Shown one piece after another: positions 12,044 to 22,330 of a stretch of 64,000 bases of DNA. The notes below the pieces were generated by a model. That model saw nothing but the letters and a program-made list of their open reading frames with translations. It did no database searches and was not told the DNA's origin. The stretch is from Lama glama (taxonomy: Eukaryota): positions 23,808,001 to 23,872,000 of the forward strand of contig CM052831.1 in assembly GCA_028534125.1 (NCBI GenBank), read 5' to 3'. The stretch's first letter is position 1; each line of letters starts with the position of its first letter. The translations under genes were made by a program, and so were the position numbers.

Positions 12044-12270
12044 CCGTGCTGCCCCCTGCCTGAGACTGCTCACATCTGGAGGTTGTGATGGGGTACCCAT
12101 GAGAACCCCCCAACCCCTGGGCTGCCTCCATGTGTTCCCCAGGAGTCCCCTCCACATGCACACACACACACAACTCAGGGATGGAGGTCCTGGGACTCCA
12201 AGTTCAATTCTCTAGGCCTGCGATGAGGCACTGGGCAAGTTGGAGGAGCATACATGGTTTTAGTCTCAGG

Positions 12271-12276
12271 AATAAA
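12271..12276 (+). terminator. Poly(A) signal of SLC26A6
   Basis: AATAAA ~230 nt after the stop codon, followed by GT-rich sequence. Confidence 0.85.
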
Positions 12277-12914
12277 GATTTGTTTGCCCAATGCCAGGCT
12301 CTGCTGTGGTTTGGTGGGGGCAGGGGCATGATCCACAGTCCTGGCTGCAGACCCTTCTTCTGCCCAAAAGTTGGGGCTGGAGTCAGAAGTTGGGGGGAAG
12401 GTGTGGAGAGGGCCGGGTCAAGCAGGGGGCGTGCGGAGCAGGAGGGAGAGCTATGCGGCCAGGCCCAGGGTGGGGGCTTCCCAGGTCCAAGTTTCTCCCC
12501 AGCCGCGCACAGCCCTCAGCGCCTGTGTCCTCAGCTATAAGCTAGATGGAATCAGAGCTGCTTCTCAGGAGTGATCTGTTCTCAGGGACACCCGATAAGG
12601 TGCAGGGCAGGCAGGGTACCACTGGGCAGCCCCTGGAGGGTGTGGTGTGAACACCTGAGCAACCCACTGAGACAGTGCAGGTGTTCACAGGGGTTGCTGG
12701 TCTGCATTTAAAAGTAAGAATGTGAGCAATTACTTTACTAGGGGTAAAATGCCTGTTTGTATAATTAGATCACCTGGGCTTCACAGGGCACTGTTGGCCA
12801 AGGACCATGTGTTGGTTTCTGCCGTAAGCCACCAGCATCTGGCCAGATGGTCTAGTGGGTAGCAGGGGGCCTTCAGGCCAGCTGATACTGAGTGACTGAG
12901 GGCCCAGGGTGGGG

Positions 12915-13195
12915 GTTGAATCTTTCTGGGCCTCAGTGTCCTCACCAAGCGAGCAGGAATGGTAATAGTACCCACCTCCTGGGTTGCTCAATGAATGTTT
13001 TTTTGCTGGCTGGGGAGGTAATTAGGTTTATTTATTTAGTTTTTTTTTTTCAAATGGAGGTACTGGGGATTGAACCCAGGACCTCATGCATGCTAAGCAT
13101 GCGCTCTACCACTGAGCTATATACCCTTCCCCCACAATGAGTATTAAATGAGTAAATGCCACAAAAGGCTTGCGACAGTGCTAGGCTCATGTCAC
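12915..13195 (+). mobile_element. MIR SINE remnant interrupted by a younger SINE
   Basis: MIR core-like gcctcagtgtcctca...gtaatagtacccacctcctgggttgct resumes after the insertion as gtattaaatgagtaaatgc...acagtgctaggc. Confidence 0.7.
12995..13133 (-). mobile_element. Vic-1-type camelid SINE (tRNA-Ala derived)
   Basis: Reverse complement reads GGGGAAGGGTATATAGCTCAGTGGTAGAGCGCATGCTTAGCATGCATGAGGTCCTGGGTTCAATCCCCAGTACCTCCA (A and B boxes) plus an A-rich tail and ACCTAATTACCTCCCC. Probable TSD CAATGA at 12989-12994 and 13135-13140. Confidence 0.88.
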
Positions 13196-13551
13196 CTGCC
13201 AAAACATGAGAGCTTTGCCGTTGGCAAGTGATGACCAGGTGCTGGGCTCGGTGCTGGGCCAGAGGACAGAAGCTAAGCTGTCCTGCCCTGCAATGCACGG
13301 AGGCATTCCCTTGCCTGGCTGTTTCTATCCTGACCTGAGTCAGTGCCATGCATCGTGTTCACAAATCATCTGTCTTCCCCACCCCCACCCCCCAACCTCA
13401 CCCAGGAAGTCAGGGCTCTTTGTCTTCTCTGTTATGCTGCGTCCACCCACCAGGAACAGCGCCTAGCACACGGAGGTGCTTGGTAAATACTGGTTAACTG
13501 ATGCTTCTGCGCTGGAGTGGAAGGTAAACCTCAAACATAAACTTGCAGATA

Positions 13552-14013
13552 CAGGCAGACCTCACTTTATTGCACCTCACAGGTAGTGCATTTTTTGTTT
13601 TTTGTGTTTTTTTTAACAAGTTGAAAAGTTTGTGGCAACCCCACCTTGAGCAAGCCTGTCGGTGCCATCTTACCCCACAACATTTGCTCACTTCTTGTGA
13701 CAGTGTCACATTTTGGTAATTCTTGCAATATTGCAAACTTTTTCATTATTATTATATTATGTGGATCTGACATCAATGATCTTTGATGTTATTGCTGTGA
13801 CTCACTGAAGGCTCGCCTGCTGGTTAGCATTTTTTAGAAGTAAAGTGTTTGTACTAAGGTATGTACTTTTTTTCAACATAATGCTACTGCACACTTAAGA
13901 CTACAGTGTAGTGTAAACATAACTTTTATGTGCACTGGGACACAAAAAATTCGTGTGACTCGCCCTATTGTGGTGGCCTGGAACTGAACCACTGTATCTC
14001 CGAGGTACACCTG
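13552..14013 (+). mobile_element. Tigger1-derived non-autonomous DNA transposon (Tc1/mariner, internal deletion product)
   Basis: Termini CAGGCAGACCTC...GAGGTACACCTG flanked by TA on both sides. The interior matches recalled Tigger1 left and right ends (gtttgtggcaaccc, gtaaacataacttttatgtgcactggg). Confidence 0.88.
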
Positions 14014-14633
14014 TACAGAGAAATGCTTTGAAGGAAATAAAACAGGGTCTTGTGAGAGAGAAGGGATTGTGTTACCCAGGATGGTCCTGGGAGGGAGGCT
14101 CAGGGAGCAGGTGACACTTGAACTGAAACGCCAGCCATGAGAAGTCTCTTTCCAGGACAGTGCTCCTGGCGTCGGGAGCAGCGGGTGTGTTCAAGGAACA
14201 CCTAGGAGGCCAAAGCACAGGCACCTCACAGGCCAAGGGTGAGCCTTTAAGCTTTATTTCCACATTTTTAGCATTCACTCTGTTGTCGCAAGGACTATGG
14301 AACTGAGCTGGGTGGAGGGGACCAGAATGCTCTGTGCGCTCTGCTAGGGGCGGGTGGAGAGCAGCATGGGGAGCTGTTGGGGTGAGAGTTTCAGGGGTTG
14401 GATGTTAGGTGAGGAGGTGGGAGAGGGGAAAGGAGGCACTTCTTCAGCCCTGGGCCCCAAGACGCCATCCTCCCAGCCCTGGAACAAATCCCCTGTCCTA
14501 TACCTTCTGGCCAGGTGGCCCCTCATGAAAGCCATGGGCCCAGCTGGAACCTGCTGCCTAGCCTGCCCCCGGGGGAGGGGTGTTTGCCTGTTGCCAGGCA
14601 CCCGGGTTCCGGCCCCTGGCACTTGCCGCCGCC

Positions 14634-15441
14634 ATGGTGCAGGCACAGTCTTTCCTGCTGTGGCTGCTTCTGCTAGTGATGCCTGTCCACACCCATGCCT
14701 GGTCACGGCCCCTGTGGTACCAGGTGGGGCTGGACTTACAGCCCTGGGGGTGCCAGCCAAATAGCCTGGAAGGTTGTGAGGGCAGCCTGGGCTGTCCCGG
14801 CTATTGGATGGGCCTGGGGGTGAACCGCATCTACCCTGTGGCAGGGGTCACGGTCACCACTGCCATGATGCTGATGCTCAGCCGTGTGGTGATGCAGTGG
14901 CGGCGCTCACAGGCTACTAAGAGTGAGGTAAGCCTGGCACTGCTCTGCCCCGACAGCCTTCTACCTCCACCCATCCTCCCACTCACATCTTGTGGGCCTC
15001 CTGCTGCCCTCCCCCCATCGCTCACACCCCAGGGTCCCTACATTGTCCTCAACCAACAATCTCTGACCTCTCCCCATGGATGGTACCCTGCCCCTATCCT
15101 CCCCCTTTAATTCCCCTACTCCTCATCTAGCCTCCATGGGCCCCTATGACCACACTCGCCCACAACAGACCCTCTGTGATCCTCCGTCACCCTAAGTCCC
15201 CCTTCCCACCACACTTCTGTCCTATTCCTCTGTTCTCACTCCTGCCTCTTGGTCCTATCCTCAGCACCCACAGGTGACTGCTGACACCTGTGTGCCCTGG
15301 AAACGACGGGGCCCTATCTCAGACCGCGCCCTGCTCCTTGGGGTCCTGCATATGCTGGATGCCCTCCTGGTCCGCATCGAGGGCCACCTGCAGCATCTAG
15401 CCACCAAGCAGCGAACCCAAATAAAGGGGACTCCCGCCTAG
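14634..15441 (+). CDS. TMEM89: Transmembrane protein 89, 2 exons, 156 aa
   Basis: Perfect Kozak GCCGCCGCCATGG. Exon 1 14634-14927 (signal peptide, WSRPLWYQVGLDLQPWGCQP motif, TM segment; donor GAG|GTAAG). Exon 2 15265-15441 (HPQVT...GVLHMLDALLVRIEGHLQHLA...QIKGTPA*). Confidence 0.93.
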
Positions 15442-16019
15442 AGCGAGTGAGCCAACATCTGCCTCTCTTTGCCTGGTGGCCTGTTGGGGAGGGGATGGCC
15501 TGAGGCTCTGGGCCAGTCTCAGGCCCATGTGTCTTGTTCTCTCCAGGCCTGTCTGGCCCCAGTGCCATTTTCCTACTTTTAGAGCCTCAGTGCCCAGGAC
15601 GGCTGGGCGGGCAGGGCCGCGGCTGGCTCACAGTGCTCCACGGCCCCCATCAAGTGACCCCTCTTCTCTAAGGATCCCACTCACAAATACAGCTGCTCCT
15701 CTGGGGCTCCTCAGGGGACCCCAGTGTGGTGGGAGAAGACTTGGCCATCAGGGCAGACTTGAGTGGTTCACAGAGGGCAGCCCGGAGGCGGTGACCACCT
15801 GGCTGAGTCAGCTAGGGCTCCTGGTTGAGGATGGTGGGTCCAAGCTGGGACTGGGGGGTAGAGGGTGGGCCCTGGCTGCCATCAACTTTGTGACATCTCA
15901 ACATGCTTTGTCACTCAAATGGCCCTTGCTCTAAGGCCCCTGGAAGCGGGGTGAGGGCTGAACCTCCCCAAAGGGGCCCTCACCCCCTTCCTCTCTTCCT
16001 TCTACCATAGGTAGTCCCG

Positions 16020-17180
16020 GTTGAGCAGGTACTGAGGCCTATGCATCTGGAGGGTTTCTGTTTTAGAAAAAGAATACAACATTACGAATTCAAAAACAGA
16101 GATAATTAAAATCAGAAAAATCATGACCACGTACACATTTTTAAAAGTTGACAAATACTACAACACAAAATCCAGAACAATAACATTTTTGTGGTGACTT
16201 CCTGATACATTTCTGTAATATTTCTCCTCCGTGTTTTCTGGCTGTTCTCTCCCCGATGGCCTCGACATAGGATAAGGATTTCACAATTTGGGGAGAAACA
16301 TTTTCTATACGGAGAATAGAAAGATACTTCAGTCTTTCTTCTATCCTGGTTGATTGAAATTTGTGATTTAATTATTGATAGTTTAGAAAACTAATTTCAT
16401 GGTGTCACATAAAAGGTCTGGCTTGTTTTCAGTTTTGGGAAACTGTCATCAACTCTCTGTCCTATAAGAGCTGTATGATTTGGAAGAATTTTCCACAAAT
16501 GAGCTTCTGGCTCCACACATTTCAAACCTTGTTCTCCCTCCATAGCTCATGATTTTTCTAGCATTGAGTATGGTGAGGGCAGGGTCTAAATGCAGCAGGA
16601 CCTTGCACTTATGTTTTGACCAGGAGCTCTAATCCAGCAGGAGGTTCCTGGAGGCCATTCCTGCGCCAGGACAGGAATAATAAGTTGGCTGTATATAGGA
16701 GTGAAGCAAACCACATAAACATGTCCCTCTAAACCCAAACCAAGTATGTCCCTATGATAGACTGAGAGATGTGCCACCTGGGTTCCCCTTGAAGGAAGGC
16801 CTGCTGTTGCCAGCCACTGAGAGCATAGCCAGTCTTCTCTCTCCTTCAGATGTCAATCTTAAGAACCATCTTGGTAAACAGCCTCATCTCCCTCTTGGAG
16901 TCTGCTTCCCAGAGAATCCAAGCTGGGACAATCCACCATCCTCCCAATCCACCTCTTGGACCCCCAAAATTATAGCCTCCTGGTGTCCCCCATATGAGAG
17001 GAAGTGGACTGCATGGGAGTCTGACTGGAAAAGGACAGAGATCCTAAGTAGATGGAGTTAGGTGATCATAACCTTGCAAGTTTTCCAAAAATACTTGAGC
17101 CCATGGACACCCGACTAGAGCTCCTCGCAAGGCCTGGAAATGAAGGGTGTTGAAAGCTGAGCTTCATCAGCCTCTTGTTA
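16020..17180. mobile_element. Highly decayed ancient repeat (hAT-like DNA transposon remnant, possibly with an ERVL-type LTR fragment at ~16760-16930)
   Basis: Abrupt AT-rich block with motifs recalled from old hAT-Tip100-like elements (ttagaaaaagaatacaacattacgaat; agcttcatcagc) and an LTR16/33-like end (gagtctgcttcccagagaatccaagctgggaca). Family assignment is uncertain. Confidence 0.35.
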
Positions 17181-17605
17181 GATGCACTTCTATATTCTAC
17201 AAAGTTTAATAAGCACTTACTGTTTGCTAGCCCTATTGTGGATGGCAGGATCTGCTGATGTACAGAACAGAACTGGCTCCCCCTTCACCCACTCACAATT
17301 AGGGAAGGGTGGTGGCAGCAGTGAAACAGGCTCAAAAAGGCAATTACTCTGCAGAGAGGCATGCTGACAGGTTGGGGTGGGGCAGGTGTGAGCTGACGGC
17401 TGGAACCTGAAGGATGAGTGGGGTGATAGGAAGGGAGGGTGCTCCAGTCAGAAAGATAAGCACATACAGGGGCCTGGTGAAGCAAGAGAACTTGACCTAT
17501 TCCAGAAAGTATATGGTGGTCAGGATTTCAGGTGGAAGAAAGAGGTATGGAGAGCAGGAGGGAGCAGCCTCCAGAGGGGCAGGAGTTGGTGCCTCCCAGG
17601 GAGGT

Positions 17606-18312
17606 GGTGGTAGGTAGAATAATGACCCCTCAAGATGTCCATGGAGCGGGGAAGGAGACAGTTCAGTGGTAGAATGCAAGTTTAGCATGCATGAGGTCCT
17701 GGGTTTAATCCCCAGTACCTCCATCAAAAAAATAAAATGATAAAAAATCTAATTATCCCCCCCTTCAAGGAAACAAAAAAAGATGCCCATGAAACGTGTG
17801 GATATCTTATAGCACATGGCAAAAAAGAACTTTGCGAATGGAATTAAGGTTAAAGACATTTAAATAGGAAGATTATTCTGGATTATTTTGGTGGGCACAG
17901 TATAACCGCATGAGCCCTTAAAGGTAGAAAAGTTGGACAGATCCAAAGTGTGAAAAATACTAGTTTTCTGCTGCTGTCTTTAGAGATGGTGGAAGAGATC
18001 TCCCACCATCCAGAGATCCAAGGAATTCAGGTGATCTGTAGAAGCTGGGAATGACCCTTAGGTGATAGCTAGCAAGAAAACAAACCTTGCTCCTTCAACT
18101 ACTAGAATCTAAAGGCTGCCAACAACCTGAATGACTGAATACACAATCTCTCTAGAGCCTCCAAAAAGAAACACAGCCCTGCTGATAGCTTGATTTCAGC
18201 CCAGTGATATTGATGTTGGACTTTGGGCCTGCAGAACTATGAGATAATAAATTTGTTTTGTTCTAAGCCATTAACTCTGGTGATTGTTATGGCAGCAACA
18301 GAAAACTACTAT
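17606..18312 (+). mobile_element. MLT1 (ERVL-MaLR) solo LTR interrupted by a SINE
   Basis: Typical 5' end tggtaggtagaataatgacccctcaagatgtcc and 3' end cagaactatgagataataaatttgttttgttctaagcca...ttgttatggcagcaacagaaaacta. Confidence 0.85.
17647..17779 (+). mobile_element. Vic-1-type camelid SINE
   Basis: ggggaaggagacagttcagtggtagaatgcaagtttagcatgcatgaggtcctgggtttaatccccagtacctcca plus A-rich tail and ctaattatccccc. TSD aagatg(t/c)ccatg at 17632-17643 and 17780-17791. Confidence 0.85.
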
Positions 18313-18329
18313 GGATGTCGGTATTAATA

Positions 18330-19370
18330 CTTTGCTGAAAGAAATTAGACATAAATAAATGGAAAGATACTCCATGTTCATGGACTGGAGTACTTAATAT
18401 TGTTAAAATGACAGTACTATGCTGGGAAACAAGCCACTGGACAACAAGCAGCTAGAAAACAAGCCACATATAGATTTCCATGAGCTTAAAACATTGTATT
18501 CACACTTGCTTGCTTAAAATGCACATGCTTGCTTTGTTTTAGTGTTTTCCGTAGTAGATGACCTATAACACGTATTATGCTAAAGAAAATTTGTAAGGGG
18601 CAATCCTGAGACTGACCATAAAGGCACGAAGGAGGGCAGATATTTCCTTAGGGTAAAACAAATGGTCCTGGAAAGCCAGATCATCCATTAACAGAGCTCT
18701 GTTCTGGCATGAAAGCAAGTGGCTTAACCCAGGGGAAATATTTGCTATCTCGAGATGCCCCGGAGGCAATAACAGGATAGACTTAGAAATTTTGCATACC
18801 CCGAGGAGGGTGATTGTTCCTGAAAGGGATAGGCCTGAAATTAATCAGTTAATCAGCAAGCAGAACTTTGTGCTTCTGCATGGGATATCTAAAGCCTCAC
18901 CTCTTTGATTGCATTTTTTTTCCTGAGCTGTATACTCCTAATAAATATGATTGTGACCAGGCTTTCAGCACTCTAGATCCACAAGATCTTGAGTCCCCTG
19001 TTCCCATCTTTGCTCTTTACTTTGTCTCTTTGTTTCTCAAGTCTTGTGTCGCCCGCCCTCAGACACGGTCCCAAGCTGCGCTGGACGCAGCAGTACTACC
19101 CAGTGGTCTATAGATTCAGTGTAATCCCTATGAAATTCTCAATGGTTCTTGTTAGAGAAATAGAAAAACCCATTCTAAAATTTATATGGAATCTCGAGGG
19201 ACCCTGAATAGCCAAGAGAATCTTGAAAAAGAAGAACAAAGTTGAAGGACTCATGCTTTCTGATTTCCAAAATGTAGTACAAAGATACTGTAATCAAAAC
19301 AGTGTGGTACTGGCATAAGAATAGACACACAGACTAACGGAATAGAATAGAGAGCCCAGAAATAAACCTA
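18330..19370 (+). mobile_element. Old LINE-1 ORF2 fragment split by an LTR insertion
   Basis: L1 ORF2 motifs on both sides of the insertion (aaatggaaagatactccatgttcatgga; YRFSVIPMK; EIEKPILKFIWN; gtaatcaaaacagtgtggtactggcat; gaatagagagcccagaaataaac). Confidence 0.85.
18420..19092 (+). mobile_element. Endogenous retrovirus solo LTR, probably class II (ERV2/ERVK-like), 673 bp
   Basis: TG...CA ends with inverted termini TGCTG/CAGCA, exact 6-bp TSD GTACTA (18414-18419, 19093-19098), internal AATAAA at 18940-18945. Removing it restores contiguous L1 sequence. Confidence 0.85.
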
Positions 19371-19869
19371 AAAGAATGCACTGGTGTGTATGTCAAATAA
19401 ATATTGAGTGAGAAAGTGGGGGCCTGCCACAGCCCTCTCAGGCAGCCCGCATGAACTGGGTTTTACAGTTTTGAGAATCTCTGTGGGTAATTAATGGAGT
19501 CTCAGACATGAGGAGAGAAAGAAGGTCTCGTCAAGAATTGTTGTTACAAAGTTCAGTTCGTAATTTAGGGGGGAAGGGGATATTTTGATCTTACCTCACT
19601 CCATATGCCAAGTAAAGTCCAGAAAATCAGTGAGTCACTGAGGACTCTTGCCAAATCATGGCAAGGACCACTGCTTGTATGTGACCTTTTAGTAACATTT
19701 CCTTTTTGACCAACCTCTTGAAACATGTCCTTCCGTGGGCGTCTAGCACATGACACTTCCTGGTTGTCTCATTGTCCTTCCCTTCTCAGCCCAGGGGAGC
19801 TGTAGGGGTGGGGAAGGGGGTTAGGTAACTGGATTTAGAAATTATTGGATTTGTTAAAAAAAAATTGGG

Positions 19870-20480
19870 TGTGGATTTTGAGAGAGTGGAGTCAAGGATG
19901 AGCAGCTGGGTTCATGGAGGTGCCATTTACTGAGATGAAGACAATTATGGGAGGAACAGGCTTGGGAGAAAGCTTTCAGCTTTAGCATGCTTAATTGAGA
20001 TGTCTGTTGGCCCTCCAGGAGAGATGGTGAGTAAATGATGGGAAAATGGGGGCCACTGTATGTACAGACAGCACTGAAGCCATGAGACTGGACAAAATGA
20101 CCAAAGGGCAAGTTTTGATCAAGAAAGGAAGAAGCACCAGGACTGAGCCCTGGGAACTCAACTGTGTAGGAGTTTGGAGGTAAGGAGGAACCAGCAGAGG
20201 TGCTAAGACAAAGTGTCCAGAGAGGTAGGAAAGCACAGGAGAGCATGGGAACCTGGAGGTGGAGAATGCATGAAGCTCTAAGGAGGAAAGAGTGGCCAAA
20301 CATGTTAAACAAGACTTAGCATTTTGACCGTTGAATTTAGCACCATGGAGCTCATGGATTACTCTGACAGGTGTGGTTTTGCAAGAGTGAAGTCGGGGCT
20401 GGACTGAAGTGGGTTTGGGAGAGAGAGTGAGAGGAGAGGAATTGGAGGCAGAGCTCTTTGCGGGAGCTCTGCTAGATTGA
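19870..20480 (-). mobile_element. LINE-2 fragment
   Basis: Purine-rich L2-antisense motifs (ggagtcaaggatga, gtgccatttactgagatg, aagccatgagactgga, aggactgagccctggga, gaggaaccagca). Confidence 0.7.
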
Positions 20481-20529
20481 GAGTGTAGAGTGCGCTGGTC
20501 ACTAGAGGAGGTGTGTTACAGGCAAGAGG

Positions 20530-20810
20530 AGCTGAAGGAGACATGACAACGAAATGTCATGTGGTGTCCTGGATAGAATCCTAGAACCAAAAAGGAAATT
20601 AGGTAAAAACTAAAACTAAGGGAATCTAAACAAACTATGGACTTTAATAATGAATAATTGGTTCATTAATTGTAACAAATGTATCAAAAGTTAGGATGTT
20701 ACAGATAGGAGAAACTCTGTATACCCGTTTGTGGGTGGGAATATATGGGAAATTCTGTGCTATCTGTTCAATTTTCCTGTGAATATAAAATTTCTAAAAA
20801 CTAGTTTTTA
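20530..20810 (+). mobile_element. Ancient LINE-1 (L1MC/L1ME-like) 3' end
   Basis: gacatgacaac...tcctggatagaatcctagaacc...ggttcattaattgtaacaaatgta...atatgggaaattctgtgctatct...aattttcctgtgaat, followed by an A-rich end. Confidence 0.7.
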
Positions 20811-21319
20811 AAAAGTGGAAAGATGAACCAATTAGATTCTATTTCACTTTATTTTTCATGTCTCAATCATAACATAATTTTAGGCCACAAAATATTAATC
20901 AATGCACATTTAAGCATCTTTTGTCTGATTTTTATAAAAAAACGTTCTATTTTAATTATGAATGATAATTTTGAATGATCACAAAAATAGCGCAATAAAT
21001 TATGTATACCTGTAAAAGGAAGCAGAGTTCAAAAGTATGCTATTACTTCAAAAGAAATACAGACTTTTTGGTAAAAATTTGAATTTCATATTAAAAGTTC
21101 CTCCGGATTTTTTTCTATGTAGACCATTAGAAAAAGCAAGTCGTTTTGATTTGTGTGCGTTTTGTTTTCCAAACAAGGAATCCTTTTCACAAATTAGCCT
21201 CTAAAACTGTTGCTTTTTCCTAAGCAATATATTGTTAAATTCTTCCCATGTCGGCAGTCTGCATTTACTTCATTCCTTTGAGAAAACTTTGACTTTCAGC
21301 AGCAGTCTTATAGTCCCAG

Positions 21320-22330
21320 GATTCCACGCTGGTGCTTTAGCCCAGGGATTGCGATCCCCAGACGTGCTGTGGCTGAGCCCGAGCTCGGCCGCTCGGAAAA
21401 CTCAATGGATTCCGGGCGCCCGCGATTTGTGAGAAACATCGCGCGCTCTTGCTGCCCACAGGTGAAAGAGAAAGAGGGACTGCACCAAGGACGGACCCGC
21501 CCAGGACGATGGATAGCCAAGTGGGTTGATGCGCGCGGGTACCCGTAGCCGTCAAGACAGAACCGGCGCCCAGCAGCGAGTGAATATTCCCGGCCTCCTC
21601 CGCCAGGGGGCGGCTGACCGCCAAGGCCGCCGTACTGCCCCTGCGCCTTGGGCGCCGTCGCGTCTACTCTACGCATGCGCAGGGCGGCCCTGCGCCCACT
21701 GGAGCTAGAAGATGGCGGCTTCCGCGGTTTGCCGGGCGGCCAGCGTTGGGACGCGAGTGCTCCTGCATACCCGCCGCTCGGTGAGGTGGCAACAAGAGCG
21801 CAGAGCTATGTGTCGCGGGGCTTCGGGACGCGGACTGGGAGCCGGCTTTTAGCGGCGGCGGGTCGAGAATGAGGAGGTCGCGGGGTCAGGGCCGTGGGAA
21901 GGTCATGGCTGAGGGCGGGGACGGGGATGCCGCTGCGGGCCTGGGAGCTGAGGAGCGACCCCCCCCCCCAACCCAGTTCTCTATTCTGGTCGCCTATTTC
22001 CAGCAGCAAGCCCTGCTGAGGTCCCCTGCCTTGCGGGGCACCGCCACCTATGCCCAAGCCCTCCAGAACGTGCCAGAGACGCAGGTCAGCCAGCTGGACA
22101 ACGGGCTGCGAGTAGCGTCCGAGCAGTCCTCTCAGCCTACCTGCACGGTGAGTAGGGGCCGCGGTCGGAAGGGCGCCTCCATATTGGGCCTGGCGACTTT
22201 TCGCAGGTCAGGGTGTGACCTTGGGCCCAGGTGCTCTGTGGTTTGGGTCAGACTCCTGCTCAGTCACTGCTGTATTGACCCTCCTCCACAATCCCGGCCC
22301 ACGTTTTGACTTATCGGGGGCAGTCCTCGC
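21320..22330. promoter_or_regulatory. CpG island promoter of UQCRC1 with NRF1-like and YY1 sites
   Basis: CpG-rich. TACGCATGCGCA (NRF1-like) at 21670-21681 and AAGATGGCGGC (YY1) at 21709-21719 overlapping the ATG, as is typical of nuclear OXPHOS genes. Confidence 0.85.

Noticed and set aside
13055-13133. tRNA-Ala(AGC)-like sequence (also at ~17650 and ~49780)
   Set aside because: Attached A-rich tails, a shared 3' motif, flanking TSDs on two copies and an imperfect acceptor stem identify these as SINE heads, not tRNA genes.
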